This document shows positions 18,793-29,273 of a DNA stretch of 64,000 nucleotides, in pieces. A program made the translations under genes and the position numbers. The first letter of the stretch is position 1, and the number at the start of each line of letters is the position of its first letter. The stretch comes from Deferribacterales bacterium (lineage in GTDB: Bacteria; Chrysiogenota; Deferribacteres; Deferribacterales; Geovibrionaceae). The stretch lies in assembly GCA_050251875.1 (NCBI GenBank), contig JBFWMA010000011.1, positions 13,938-77,937 of the forward strand, read 5' to 3'. The notes under the pieces were generated by a model. The model was not told the DNA's origin. It saw nothing but the letters and a program-made list of their open reading frames with translations, and did not search any database.

Positions 18793-19476
18793 ATGATAGA
18801 ACTCTATAAAGTAGAGGTGGTCTACGATGACGGCTATAAGGGGCTGACAGAGATAGACCTGCACATAGAAAGAGGCGAGCTGGTTTATGTAACGGGAAAC
18901 AGCGGCGCCGGAAAATCCACTCTGCTCCGTCTGCTCTACGCCGACCTGATGCCATCCAGAGGCATTGTGAAGGTGGAGGGACAGAATCTGGGCAATATGA
19001 ATCACAAATCAGTAGCCTTCATGCGCAGAAACGTGGGAGTCATCTTTCAGGATTATAAACTGCTGGAAGACGCCACGGTTTTCGACAATCTCGCTCTGCC
19101 GCTGGAGATATACTATATGAAGAAGAGCGTCATCAGGGACAAGGTATATAACCTGCTGAAGATGCTCGATATATTCCAGCACAGAGACAGCGTGGTGCAA
19201 AAGCTGTCCGGCGGAGAAAAACAGAGGGTGGCTGTCGCCAGAGCCCTTCTGAACGAACCCTTCGTCATGGTGGCGGACGAGCCTACAGGTAGTCTGGACG
19301 CTAAAAACGCCGACAAAGTGATGGATATGCTCCTGCACAAATCCGCCAAAGGAACCACCATTCTCATCGCCACACACGACCAGCGCATTATAAAAGAATT
19401 TCCCGGCAGAGTGATTCAGCTCGACCGTGGAAGGCTGGTTTACGACAGCAAGGCAAAAGGAAAAGTAAATGTCTGA
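18793..19476 (+). CDS. ftsE: Cell division ATP-binding protein
   Basis: GNSGAGKST, GVIFQDYKLL, LSGGEKQRVAVARA, ADEPTG; followed by ftsX and envC. Confidence 0.9.
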   Translation: MIELYKVEVVYDDGYKGLTEIDLHIERGELVYVTGNSGAGKSTLLRLLYADLMPSRGIVKVEGQNLGNMNHKSVAFMRRNVGVIFQDYKLLEDATVFDNLALPLEIYYMKKSVIRDKVYNLLKMLDIFQHRDSVVQKLSGGEKQRVAVARALLNEPFVMVADEPTGSLDAKNADKVMDMLLHKSAKGTTILIATHDQRIIKEFPGRVIQLDRGRLVYDSKAKGKVNV

Positions 19477-20353
19477 TCAGTACATGTACATCCTTTCAAA
19501 AGGCATAAAAATATTTTTGGGCGGATTCAAACAGAATCTGGCTTCCATAATCACTCTCGCCACGCTCATTTTCATGTATCTGGCGGTTTTTTCGGTCAAC
19601 TTTTCTGTCGCAAAGGCAGTGGGAAACGCCACGGACAGCAGGACTCTCCGGGTGTTCATAGCGGAAGACGCCGAAGCGGAAAAAGTAAAAGACGCCGTGA
19701 CAGAGCTGGGGATTAGCTCCAATATCAGATTTTTTGACAAAGCGGACGCCAAACAGAGGGTGATAGACCTCGCTCCGGACTCAAAAAACCTGGAAGAACT
19801 GCCGGAAGACCTTTTTCCCAGATTTTTCGAGCTGACATCAGACACAGTAACCGACATAGCTCTGGCTGACGCCGCGGCGAAGATGGAACAGACAGACGGG
19901 GTAAAATCCGTGGAATCCGGCAAAAAACAGAATGAAAAAATGCAGAAGATAAAGAGGGTGTCATACGTCTTCGTCACTCTGCTGACAATCCTCACAGGGA
20001 TATCGAGCTGTTTTATCATCTTCAACACCATCCGCCTGTCGCTCTACCGCCACCACAGAGCCATCATGCTCTATACGCTGGTGGGCGCCACAAGGTTTTT
20101 CATCACCCTGCCCTATGTGGCGGCATCTAAGATAGAGGCGACATTCGCCTTTGTTCTGGCGTATCTGATGAACAAATTTTTTATATCGTTCGTAACGGCA
20201 AAACTGCTCGCCGGGTCATTCTTCACTCTGGTAACCCCCGGACCGTGGTTCAGCCTGTTCTTATACATTGTTCTCATGTTCATCACGGCCTTTTCGGCTA
20301 TTTTCAGTGTCGTAACATTTCTGATGGGGCAGAAGAGCGTCAATGAAGTTTAA
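19469..20353 (+). CDS. ftsX: Cell division permease FtsX
   Basis: 4-TM topology, IIFNTIRL, LVGAT..FI..P. Confidence 0.85.
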   Translation: MSDQYMYILSKGIKIFLGGFKQNLASIITLATLIFMYLAVFSVNFSVAKAVGNATDSRTLRVFIAEDAEAEKVKDAVTELGISSNIRFFDKADAKQRVIDLAPDSKNLEELPEDLFPRFFELTSDTVTDIALADAAAKMEQTDGVKSVESGKKQNEKMQKIKRVSYVFVTLLTILTGISSCFIIFNTIRLSLYRHHRAIMLYTLVGATRFFITLPYVAASKIEATFAFVLAYLMNKFFISFVTAKLLAGSFFTLVTPGPWFSLFLYIVLMFITAFSAIFSVVTFLMGQKSVNEV

Positions 20354-21503
20354 CCTGCTTTTGATATCACTGCTTCTGTGCGTGTCCGCGTATTCTGAAG
20401 AGCTGTCCGACACGCTGTCCAGACAGGACAGCTATCTGAAGAACATCAAACAGCAGATTCAGGAACAGAACAGCCAGATAAAAGAGATAAAGAACGAAAA
20501 AGCGAAACTGGCGGCTCAGCTGGAAAAAGCCCAGATGGAGCTGGAATACCAGAAAAAGCTGTCGGCAAAGATAAACAAACAGTTCAGAAACGTCAAAGAG
20601 AACCAGAAAGAGCTCCAGAAAAAGAAAACACGACTGGAATCTGAAAGAACAGCGCTCATAAGCGCCATCAGAGCCGCCAACAGATATCTGGTATCCAACG
20701 GAGAATCAGAAATCACCGAGGCTGTGCTCCTGTCGAAAGACACATCTGAATCGGCGGCGGTATCGCAGATTATCGCTCAGGTGAACGCCAACCTCTACGA
20801 ATCAGCTAAAAGGCTGAAAACCAACGCCGAAAATATAAAGAGAAACACTGACGAGCTGGAAAGAAAGAAAGCGGAACTCTCCACAGCGGCGAAAGAGAAG
20901 GAAAAGGCGCTGAAAGAATATCAGGCGAAAAAGACCATCTCCAACAACCTCTATAAAGCCGTGGCGGACGATGAAAAGGCGAAGAAAGCATATCTGGACT
21001 CCCTGCGCAAAAAAGAGCGGGACGTTCAGGCGAAGATAGCCAAAATAAAAAAAGAGTTCGAAAAGAACTCCGGAGTCTCCTTCAGAGGGCTTTCCACAGA
21101 GTTCGGCAAAAAAAGAGGGAAACTTATCTGGCCTGTTCAGGGTCATGTTATAGAGAAGTTCGGTGTAAAGAAGATAGACGGATTTCAGGGAGTGGTTCTG
21201 AAAAAAGGGATAAAGATTGTGCCGACACAGACCACGGTGAAATGTATATATGACGGGGTGGTGATGCACTCGGACAACGCGTGGGGTCTGGGCAACTTCA
21301 TCATCGTGGCGCATCCGTCCGGTTTTTACTCTCTCTATGCCAATATGGATAATATTACCGTGAAAAAAGGCGATAAAATTAAAACAGGCGGCAATATAGG
21401 GACAATTGATATTGACCGTGACACAAATACACCTTATCTTTACTTTGAAATCAGAATAAGAGATAAAGCGGTTGACCCACTTCAGTGGCTTTCCGCTTCT
21501 TAA
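20343..21503 (+). CDS. envC: Murein hydrolase activator EnvC (coiled coil plus degenerate M23)
   Basis: Signal peptide, long coiled coil, WPVQG..FG, LYFEIR..VDP. Confidence 0.85.
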   Translation: MKFNLLLISLLLCVSAYSEELSDTLSRQDSYLKNIKQQIQEQNSQIKEIKNEKAKLAAQLEKAQMELEYQKKLSAKINKQFRNVKENQKELQKKKTRLESERTALISAIRAANRYLVSNGESEITEAVLLSKDTSESAAVSQIIAQVNANLYESAKRLKTNAENIKRNTDELERKKAELSTAAKEKEKALKEYQAKKTISNNLYKAVADDEKAKKAYLDSLRKKERDVQAKIAKIKKEFEKNSGVSFRGLSTEFGKKRGKLIWPVQGHVIEKFGVKKIDGFQGVVLKKGIKIVPTQTTVKCIYDGVVMHSDNAWGLGNFIIVAHPSGFYSLYANMDNITVKKGDKIKTGGNIGTIDIDRDTNTPYLYFEIRIRDKAVDPLQWLSAS

Positions 21504-21518
21504 TACAGGGAGATTCAG

Positions 21519-22775
21519 ATGAATTCTAGATTCAAAATTTTGCCTTTATTAACCGTATTTTTAGTGATAGCGCTGATACTCACTTCCATAGCGCTGGTAA
21601 GAACCCAGAACGTATACGCCGCCAAAAGCGACAGATATCAGAATCTGGATCTCTTCACCAATGCTATGTATCTGATAGAAAATAACTATGTCGAGCCTGT
21701 GGATGACAAAAAACTCATCTACGGAGCTATCAAAGGCATGGCGGAGGAACTGGATCCCCACTCTGTCTTCATGGATCCCAAGACGCTGAGAGAATTCGAG
21801 GTGGAAACACAGGGCGAGTTCGGCGGACTGGGCATCACCATCGGAATGAAAGATAAAATGCTCACAGTCATCGCACCTCTGGAAGACACCCCCGCATACA
21901 GAAAAGGTATCAAGGCGGGCGACCAGATCATAAAGATCGAGGGCGTTTCCACAGCAAACATATCAATAGATGACGCTGTGAACAAGCTGAGAGGACCGGA
22001 AGGCACAGACGTAACTATCACCATCCTGCGTAAAAGCGTGGAAAAACCTTTCGATGTGAAGATAAAGAGAGCCATCATCGTTATAAAAGCGATCAAATCA
22101 GCGATGATAGAGAAAAATATCGGATACGTCAGAATGATTCAGTTCACCAACGACATATCCGGACAGCTTCTGGACGCTATGAAGGTTCTGGACAAACAGG
22201 GAGCGAAAAGCTACATACTCGATCTGAGAAACAACCCCGGAGGTCTTCTGACCGAGGCGATCGCTGTTTCCAGCATATTTCTGCCCTCTGACAAAAACGT
22301 GGTATACACCATGGACAGAAACCAGAAACGACACGACTATAACTCAACCACATTCACACATAAAGAGCTGAAAAAGCCTCTGGTGCTTCTGGTGAACGAA
22401 GGCAGCGCATCTGCTTCCGAAATCTTCACCGGCGCCATGCAAGACTACGGCAGAGCCACCATCATGGGCACAAAAACATTCGGAAAGGCATCTGTTCAGA
22501 ACATTATGCACCTGAATGACGGTTCCGGTCTTAAGCTGACTATCGCAAAATATTTCACTCCCAAAGGCAGAGGAATACACGGCATAGGCATCGAGCCTGA
22601 CGTTGTTGTGCCGCTGCCCGAAGTGAAAGAGGAAGAAAAAGCGAAAGAAGAGATCGATCAGAATCTCACAGCTAACTCCGCTGTGGCTGAATATGACCTG
22701 ACAAAAGACGTTCAGCTGAAAGCGGCTGTGGACAAAATTAAGGAATTACCCGCAAATGACACCGTTAAAAAGTAA
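21519..22775 (+). CDS. ctpA: S41 family C-terminal processing protease
   Basis: LDPHS, PDZ GGLGI, LDLRNNPGG, SASASEI, TFGKASVQ, GIEPDV. Confidence 0.9.
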   Translation: MNSRFKILPLLTVFLVIALILTSIALVRTQNVYAAKSDRYQNLDLFTNAMYLIENNYVEPVDDKKLIYGAIKGMAEELDPHSVFMDPKTLREFEVETQGEFGGLGITIGMKDKMLTVIAPLEDTPAYRKGIKAGDQIIKIEGVSTANISIDDAVNKLRGPEGTDVTITILRKSVEKPFDVKIKRAIIVIKAIKSAMIEKNIGYVRMIQFTNDISGQLLDAMKVLDKQGAKSYILDLRNNPGGLLTEAIAVSSIFLPSDKNVVYTMDRNQKRHDYNSTTFTHKELKKPLVLLVNEGSASASEIFTGAMQDYGRATIMGTKTFGKASVQNIMHLNDGSGLKLTIAKYFTPKGRGIHGIGIEPDVVVPLPEVKEEEKAKEEIDQNLTANSAVAEYDLTKDVQLKAAVDKIKELPANDTVKK

Positions 22776-23958
22776 CTTTTTTAATAAATTAAACGCTTCC
22801 GAAAAGAAAAAACTGATAATAACCGTCTCTCTGGCGGTTATCATGGCTGTGATAGCCTCTATGGTTATCATGTCTTTTCTCAGAAAAGATACCGGCTCGG
22901 CTGAAGTACGCCCTGACAGCCCTGTGAAACAAACCGTCACAGAGCATAATCAGGTGGTGAAAACAGCGGACAAGAAAGATGTTATGAACGCCATCGCTCT
23001 GTCTCTGTTCGACCACGGGCTGGACAACAGCAGCATCAAAGAGAATAAGGAACAGGAGAATAACGGCAGAACAGAGATCCACATGGTTCTGGATCATAAA
23101 GACGCCGATGTCTCCAGTCTGAAATCATCCATCACCGACAAACTGGAAGAACTCGGGGTAAAAACCTTCGAGGGAGAGAATATAGTCGCTGAAAACGACA
23201 GCCTGAGCCTCGTTATCGAGTTCAAGGAAGAAGCACGCCCCGTTGTAAAGGATAAACCGAAGATGCCCGCCGTATCAGGCGACTTTAAAGGCGTGAAAGC
23301 GGCGTTCGTAATAGACGACTGCGGATACAGCATACCTCTGGCGGAAAAACTCTCCGCCGTGAAATATCCGCTGGCTATGGCGATAATCCCCTATACTCCT
23401 TACAGCAAAGAGACAGCGGAGATAGTGCGCAAACACAGCAAGGCGGTTTTTCTCCACCAGCCTATGCAGCCCAAGGCATATCCCAGTGTTGACCCAGGCA
23501 AGGGAGCCGTTCTTCTGAACATGCCCGAAAGCCTCGTCAGCCTCTGGCTGAACAACAACGTGGAGGATCTGGGCGGAAACATAGACGGATTCAACAACCA
23601 CATGGGCTCAGCGCTCACCGAGAGCAAGGTGAAGATGGATCAGGTCTTCGCCGTGATGAAAAAACACACCGATTTCTTTGTGGACAGCTACACATCTCCC
23701 GCTTCTGTCGCCTTTGACGAATGCAGAAGCAACGGCATGCTGTGCGCTCAGAACCGCAAATTTATAGACAATGAAGCAGACCCGGCATACATCCGCTCCA
23801 AAATACTGGAGGGGCTGAAAGTGGGCAAAGAGAAAGGTCAGATAATCATGATAGGTCACCTTAGAGACGCCACGGTGGACGTTCTGGTGGATTTTCTGCC
23901 CCAGATAGCCGAGATGGGCGTGGAGATCGTACCTGTTAAGGAGCTGGCGGTAAGGTGA
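22756..23958 (+). CDS. Divergent polysaccharide deacetylase (YibQ family)
   Basis: VIDDCG, LHQPMQP, NNHMGS, FVDS, IMIGH. Confidence 0.88.
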   Translation: MTPLKSNFFNKLNASEKKKLIITVSLAVIMAVIASMVIMSFLRKDTGSAEVRPDSPVKQTVTEHNQVVKTADKKDVMNAIALSLFDHGLDNSSIKENKEQENNGRTEIHMVLDHKDADVSSLKSSITDKLEELGVKTFEGENIVAENDSLSLVIEFKEEARPVVKDKPKMPAVSGDFKGVKAAFVIDDCGYSIPLAEKLSAVKYPLAMAIIPYTPYSKETAEIVRKHSKAVFLHQPMQPKAYPSVDPGKGAVLLNMPESLVSLWLNNNVEDLGGNIDGFNNHMGSALTESKVKMDQVFAVMKKHTDFFVDSYTSPASVAFDECRSNGMLCAQNRKFIDNEADPAYIRSKILEGLKVGKEKGQIIMIGHLRDATVDVLVDFLPQIAEMGVEIVPVKELAVR

Positions 23959-24935
23959 TCATTTTAGGTGTGGAAACCTCCTGCGATGAAACTTCTCTGG
24001 CTCTCTACGACACAGAAAAAGGCATTCTCGCTTCCAAGACAAACTCACAGATAGACCTGCATAACAAATTCGGCGGAGTGGTTCCGGAGGTCGCCTCCAG
24101 AAACCATATCCTCAAGATAGAAGAGCTGTTCAAACAGTGCATGGAGAGCGCCGCTCTCACGGTGAAAGATATCGACATGATAGGCGTAACCACTGCCCCC
24201 GGGCTGATAGGTGCGCTGTTCGTTGGGGTGTCATTCGCCAAGGCTCTGGGTTACGCTCTTAAAATCCCTGTGGTGCCTATAAACCACCTCAGCGCCCACA
24301 TACTGGCGGCGGAGATAGAACATAAGGAGCTTCAGGCGCCCTACATCGCTCTCATCATCTCCGGCGGTCACACACATGTCTATGACGTGGACAGCGCCTA
24401 TAATTTCGAGCTTCTGGCAAAAACTCTGGATGACGCCGCGGGCGAATCATTCGACAAAGTGGCTAAGATGATGGAGCTGGGATATCCCGGCGGTCCTCTC
24501 ATAGAAAAACTGGCGAAAGACGGAGACGAAACCTCTGTCGAACTGCCCATAGCCATCAAAAAACAGCAGGATTTCTCTTTCAGCGGGCTGAAAACCGCCG
24601 TGCTGAACAAGATACAGGACAAAAAAGACAGCCATGCCGACATAGCCGCCTCATTTCAGAAGACAGTGGCGGACACTCTGGTGCTGAAAACGCTCAGAGC
24701 GGCAAAAGCGGCTGGCAGAAAAGAGATAGTGATAGCGGGCGGTGTCGCCTGCAACGGATACATCAGAAAAGCCTTCGCAGAGCAGAAAGGCTACAAGGTA
24801 TATTTTCCGTCACCGAAACTCTGCACGGACAACGGCGATATGATAGCCTATGCCGCCTCAAAATTCTTTAAACTGAGAAGATTTACATCATTGACAGAAA
24901 CCGCACATGACAGAATGCAGCACATCAACAAATAA
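23955..24935 (+). CDS. tsaD: tRNA N6-threonylcarbamoyltransferase
   Basis: LGVETSCDET, GGVVPEVASRNH, HLSAH, SGGHT, DDAAGESFDK, CTDNG. Confidence 0.96.
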   Translation: MIILGVETSCDETSLALYDTEKGILASKTNSQIDLHNKFGGVVPEVASRNHILKIEELFKQCMESAALTVKDIDMIGVTTAPGLIGALFVGVSFAKALGYALKIPVVPINHLSAHILAAEIEHKELQAPYIALIISGGHTHVYDVDSAYNFELLAKTLDDAAGESFDKVAKMMELGYPGGPLIEKLAKDGDETSVELPIAIKKQQDFSFSGLKTAVLNKIQDKKDSHADIAASFQKTVADTLVLKTLRAAKAAGRKEIVIAGGVACNGYIRKAFAEQKGYKVYFPSPKLCTDNGDMIAYAASKFFKLRRFTSLTETAHDRMQHINK

Positions 24936-25917
24936 TTTTCTGAATATGCTCACCAAACAAAGCCTGTACGGAGCGCCGCTGGCTGGGGTAACCACTCCTT
25001 CCTTCCGGAATATCGTGCGCCTGTTCTTCGATGGGCTGATATACACAGAGATGATAAGCGTGGAAGGACTGCGCAGAAACGGTCCCGCCACCATGATCTT
25101 TCTGAAAACCAATGAAAACGACAGCCCGCTGGGCGTTCAGCTGTTCGGCAGTAAACCGGACGGATACACGGAATCAATTCCCGTGGTGCTGGGAAAACTG
25201 ACTCCCGCCGTCATAGACATCAACATGGGATGCCCCGTGAAAAAAGTTCTGAAAAGCGGCAGCGGATGCGCCATGATGAAGGACGAACAGAACATAGCCC
25301 GTGTAATCAACGCCGCTAAAAGAGCAGCAGGCGACATACCAGTGACCATCAAGATACGTCTCGGCTGGGACATGGACAGCATGAACTACAACGAGATAAT
25401 CAAAATCGCCCATGAAGAGGGAGCCAGCGCTGTAACGCTCCACGGACGTACCAAAGCGGATCATTTCTCCGGCACGGTCAGATATGAATATATCGCGGAC
25501 GCTGTTTCCAGAGCAAAACTGCCGATAATAGGCAACGGCGACGTCATAGACATGGAAACCTACGACAATATGCTGAAAACCGGTGTAAACGGCGTGATGA
25601 TAGGCAGGGGAATGATGAAAAAACCCTGGATATTCGAAGCCCTGCTGAACGAAACAGACCCCGACACATACCTCCAGGCGGACAGGCTGAAAGAGCTGGT
25701 CTATAAGATAATGGATCTGGAAATGGCAAACGCCAGAGGCAGCAGATATCTGGACGTATCAAAGAAATACATCGTATGGATGATGAAGGGACTGCCGGGC
25801 GCCGCCAGTCTGCGCAGCCAGATATACGCCTGTCAGGACAGAGCGGAGCTCGATGACATGATCGAGGATTTCTTTAATAGTATAAAAGATATTCAGACAG
25901 ATCAGAGTTCAGAATAG
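24907..25917 (+). CDS. dusB: tRNA-dihydrouridine synthase (start may be 24946)
   Basis: APLAGVT, YTEMIS, VQLFG, DINMGCP, KIRLGWD, HGRT, GNGDV, MIGRG. Confidence 0.88.
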   Translation: MTECSTSTNNFLNMLTKQSLYGAPLAGVTTPSFRNIVRLFFDGLIYTEMISVEGLRRNGPATMIFLKTNENDSPLGVQLFGSKPDGYTESIPVVLGKLTPAVIDINMGCPVKKVLKSGSGCAMMKDEQNIARVINAAKRAAGDIPVTIKIRLGWDMDSMNYNEIIKIAHEEGASAVTLHGRTKADHFSGTVRYEYIADAVSRAKLPIIGNGDVIDMETYDNMLKTGVNGVMIGRGMMKKPWIFEALLNETDPDTYLQADRLKELVYKIMDLEMANARGSRYLDVSKKYIVWMMKGLPGAASLRSQIYACQDRAELDDMIEDFFNSIKDIQTDQSSE

Positions 25918-27034
25918 CTTTCAGCTCGTCTGAATCCTCGCCGTCTACCTCCACAAACAGAAAGCAGAAAACGCCGTATTTCACGAAATCCGTCTCTCTG
26001 ATCTCCAACACCCTGCTGAATGATCTTTTCAGCTTTTCATAATCGAATCCCAGAAGTTTGCTGTCGTCTATTGCCGGGCTCTTCTCCACCACCACCAGAG
26101 CGTATGTTCTGCCCTGATGCTCCTTCTCCACTTCGTCCCAATCCACATGAACATTATCGGCGAAATATTCGTATGTGTTGATGCCATAGGCATAGTAGGC
26201 GATGTCTGTACAGCACCACCCGGCGAAACGCAGTGGGTTCAGCTCGATAGGAACCACACGTCCCTGACTGTCGATGCGCACCTCTATGTGAAAAGGATAG
26301 TTCTTCAGCAGAGCCAGTCTGCCCAGCGACACCAGAAATTTTCTGACTTTTTCGGATATCTCTTTGATAATGCTGACGGATGTAATATATACCCTGTCTG
26401 AAACGTCCTCCGCTCCGGCGAAGTTATGCTTCAGCACATCCAGTATCACGGGGTCGCCGGATGCGTTATAATAGGCGTCTATGGCGTATTCAGTTCCCTC
26501 TATCACCTCTTCGATGATGAAGCTGTGGGAGTTCAGCACGTCTTCGGGATAATAATCCTTGATCTTCTCCACGTCCGAAATGACTCTGGGGCGGATGGTT
26601 TTCCACGCCTTCTCATCATGGACATAGTAAACGCCCAGACTGAAAAAACCCACGGCGGGCTTGATGATAAAAGGATATTTCAGGTCTTTCGAGCTGAGAT
26701 GCTGTATCTGGTCGAACATGACCTCCTGATAATAAAAATCAGGATACATCCCGCTTAAAAGGTCTCTGAACTTCACCTTGTTTTTGAACAGGTCTGTCTT
26801 TTCGACTATATCGGAAAACGCCAGATTTTCATTGATCCATGTGATGGCGTTCTCAGAGTTGGAATAGAGCATGGGTCTGCTGCGGAAACGGTCGGCGAAT
26901 CTGGCCGGACTCAGCATGTTAAAGCTGTCATCGCACAGCTCTCTGGCTGTCTCGTTTTCCAGAAGCGGATAACCGTGTCTCTTCACAGTGTCCAGAAGAA
27001 GTTTGGACACAAAAGGCTTGTCGAATATAAACAT
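25874..27034 (-). CDS. ATP-grasp domain protein
   Basis: NKVKFR, PFIIKPAVGFFSLGV, IIEEVIEGTEYAID, HIEVR, IELNPLRFAG. Confidence 0.8.
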   Translation of the reverse strand: MFIFDKPFVSKLLLDTVKRHGYPLLENETARELCDDSFNMLSPARFADRFRSRPMLYSNSENAITWINENLAFSDIVEKTDLFKNKVKFRDLLSGMYPDFYYQEVMFDQIQHLSSKDLKYPFIIKPAVGFFSLGVYYVHDEKAWKTIRPRVISDVEKIKDYYPEDVLNSHSFIIEEVIEGTEYAIDAYYNASGDPVILDVLKHNFAGAEDVSDRVYITSVSIIKEISEKVRKFLVSLGRLALLKNYPFHIEVRIDSQGRVVPIELNPLRFAGWCCTDIAYYAYGINTYEYFADNVHVDWDEVEKEHQGRTYALVVVEKSPAIDDSKLLGFDYEKLKRSFSRVLEIRETDFVKYGVFCFLFVEVDGEDSDELKAILNSDLSEYLLYY

Positions 27035-27035
27035 T

Positions 27036-29156
27036 TCAGATCCTCATGCTGAGGGACAACCGCCCTCTGTCTTTGTCTATGGACAGAACTTTTGTTTTAA
27101 CTATCTGCCCTACTTTCACAACCTCGGAAGGGTCTTTTACAAATCTGTCGGCGAGCTGAGATATATGCACCAGCCCGTCATTTTTCAGCCCCACATCCAC
27201 GAACGCTCCGAAATCAAGAACGTTGCTGATCTTTCCGGTGAGGATATCCCCCACGTTCAGCTCGTCTATGCTCAGAATACCTTTTTTGAATATCACCGGG
27301 TCTACGTTGTCCCGGATATCCCTGTCCGGTTTTTCGAGGTTTTCCAGAATATCTTTCAGGGTGAATTCACCAATGCCCAGCTTAGACGCTATGGCGGAGG
27401 TATCTTTTCCCTTCACTGCCAGCTTCACCATTTCGCATTTGTCCACGGAAAGGTTCATGGCGGTCAGAAACGCATGCACAGCGCCGTAGCTCTCCGGGTG
27501 GATGAACATGCTGTCCAGCTTCTCTTTTCCGCCGTATATCTTTAAGAATCCGGCGGACTGCTTATAGGTCTGTTCACCTACTCCGTCCACCTTCATCAGC
27601 TCTTCTCTGGATGAGAAGCGCCCGATGGTATCTCTGAATTTTACTATTTTTTCTGCCAGTGACGCTGTGAGTCCGGAAACATATGTCAGAAGTGAGGCGC
27701 TGGCGGTGTTCAGATCCACACCTACATTATTCACCACATCTTCCACCACGTCTGTCAGAGTTTTATCAAGTTTTTTACCCTGAACATCGTGCTGATACAT
27801 TCCCACGCCGATGGACTTAGGGTCGATCTTCACCAGCTCCGCCAGAGGATCGATAACACGTCTGGCTATGGATATGGCGCCCCGGATGGAAACGTCCAGC
27901 TCCGGAAATTCTTTCTTAGCCACGTCAGAAGCGGAATAAACACTGGCTCCCGCCTCGCTGACGATGGTGTATTTTATATCCAGCCCGTCACGGCTGATAA
28001 CACCCGCCACGAACTCCTCTGTCTCTCTGCTGGCTGTTCCGTTGCCGATGGCGCAGGCGTTCACTCCGTATTCCTTCACCAGTTTCAGAAGGGTCTTGCG
28101 GCTGCCCTCCACATCTTCCTGCGGCTTGGTGGGATACATCACGCCGTATGTCAGCAGGTTTCCGGTGGCGTCCACCACAGCGTATTTACATCCTGTGCGG
28201 AATGCGGGGTCTATGCCTATTATCACGTTGTTGCGCACGGTGGGGGTCATCAGCAGGTTCTTCAGGTTAGAGGCAAAAACATCTATCGCTTTCAGCTCGC
28301 CCTTCTCTTTCAGCTCGGCTCTGAATTCCAGCTCCAGAGAGAGCTCTATCATCTTTTTAAAAGCCTGACGACAGCATTTCACAACCACATCGTTCAGCAC
28401 TGCGCCCTTATCTGCCGTGATCTTCTGCACGGCGTTGAGGCACATCTCCTCGTCTATGCTCATCTTCAGCTTAAGAATCTTCTCTCGTTCGCCACGGAAT
28501 ATAGCCAGAACCCTGTGGGGCGGTATGTCGGCTATCTTCTGGTCGAAGTCATAGTAATCCTCGTATGGGTTGCGCTCGTTGCTCTCCGTCTTTTTGGATG
28601 ATTCCAGAACGGCGAACTGGGAGTACAGCTCACGGATGCGGTTTTTCACATCCACATCATGCCCAATCTCTTCTGTTATTATGTCGGATGCCATGCTGAC
28701 CGCCGTCTGGGCGTCCGCCACAGCCTCGCAGACATATTTCGCCGCCTCGGCGTCCAGAGAGGACAGATCGGCGGCTGAGCGGATATAAACAGCCAGAGGC
28801 TCCAGCCCGGCTTCCCTGGCTATATCCCCTTTGGTCTTCTTTTTGGTTTTATATGGTTCGTAAAGGTCTTCCACCTCTTTCAGGGTGGCTGCCTTCAGTA
28901 TGCGGTTTTTCAGCTCATCGGTCAGCTTGCCCCTTTCGTCTATGGCGGCGATGACCTCTTCCTTGCGCTTTTTAAGGTTTTCCAGATATTCGTAACGCTC
29001 GATGATGTTTCTGATATCTTCAGCGTCCATGTTGCCCGTCTGTTCCTTGCGGTATCTGGCTATGAAGGGAACAGTGTTGCCATCCAGAAACAGATTGATT
29101 ACGCTGTCTATATGATTTCTGTTAAAAGAAAATTCCTGATAAAGGCTGTCTCTCAT
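27036..29156 (-). CDS. tex: Tex family RNA-binding transcription accessory protein
   Basis: TVPFIARYRKE, GIDPAFRTGCK, IGNGTASRET, VSEAGASVYSAS, C-terminal S1 domain. Confidence 0.95.
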   Translation of the reverse strand: MRDSLYQEFSFNRNHIDSVINLFLDGNTVPFIARYRKEQTGNMDAEDIRNIIERYEYLENLKKRKEEVIAAIDERGKLTDELKNRILKAATLKEVEDLYEPYKTKKKTKGDIAREAGLEPLAVYIRSAADLSSLDAEAAKYVCEAVADAQTAVSMASDIITEEIGHDVDVKNRIRELYSQFAVLESSKKTESNERNPYEDYYDFDQKIADIPPHRVLAIFRGEREKILKLKMSIDEEMCLNAVQKITADKGAVLNDVVVKCCRQAFKKMIELSLELEFRAELKEKGELKAIDVFASNLKNLLMTPTVRNNVIIGIDPAFRTGCKYAVVDATGNLLTYGVMYPTKPQEDVEGSRKTLLKLVKEYGVNACAIGNGTASRETEEFVAGVISRDGLDIKYTIVSEAGASVYSASDVAKKEFPELDVSIRGAISIARRVIDPLAELVKIDPKSIGVGMYQHDVQGKKLDKTLTDVVEDVVNNVGVDLNTASASLLTYVSGLTASLAEKIVKFRDTIGRFSSREELMKVDGVGEQTYKQSAGFLKIYGGKEKLDSMFIHPESYGAVHAFLTAMNLSVDKCEMVKLAVKGKDTSAIASKLGIGEFTLKDILENLEKPDRDIRDNVDPVIFKKGILSIDELNVGDILTGKISNVLDFGAFVDVGLKNDGLVHISQLADRFVKDPSEVVKVGQIVKTKVLSIDKDRGRLSLSMRI

Positions 29157-29240
29157 TAAATCACCTGAAAAATTTTTATGACATCAGATTTTACATGATT
29201 GACGATTTCAGGACAAGGCATTTCCGATTAATTCGTACAC

Positions 29241-29268
29241 AAAAAAAAGGCGGTCCGAAGACCGCCGT
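29241..29268 (-). terminator. Terminator after MCP 1
   Basis: Plus strand GGCGGTC-CGAA-GACCGCC preceded by A8 (U-run on the minus strand). Confidence 0.75.
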
Positions 29269-29273
29269 AAAGA

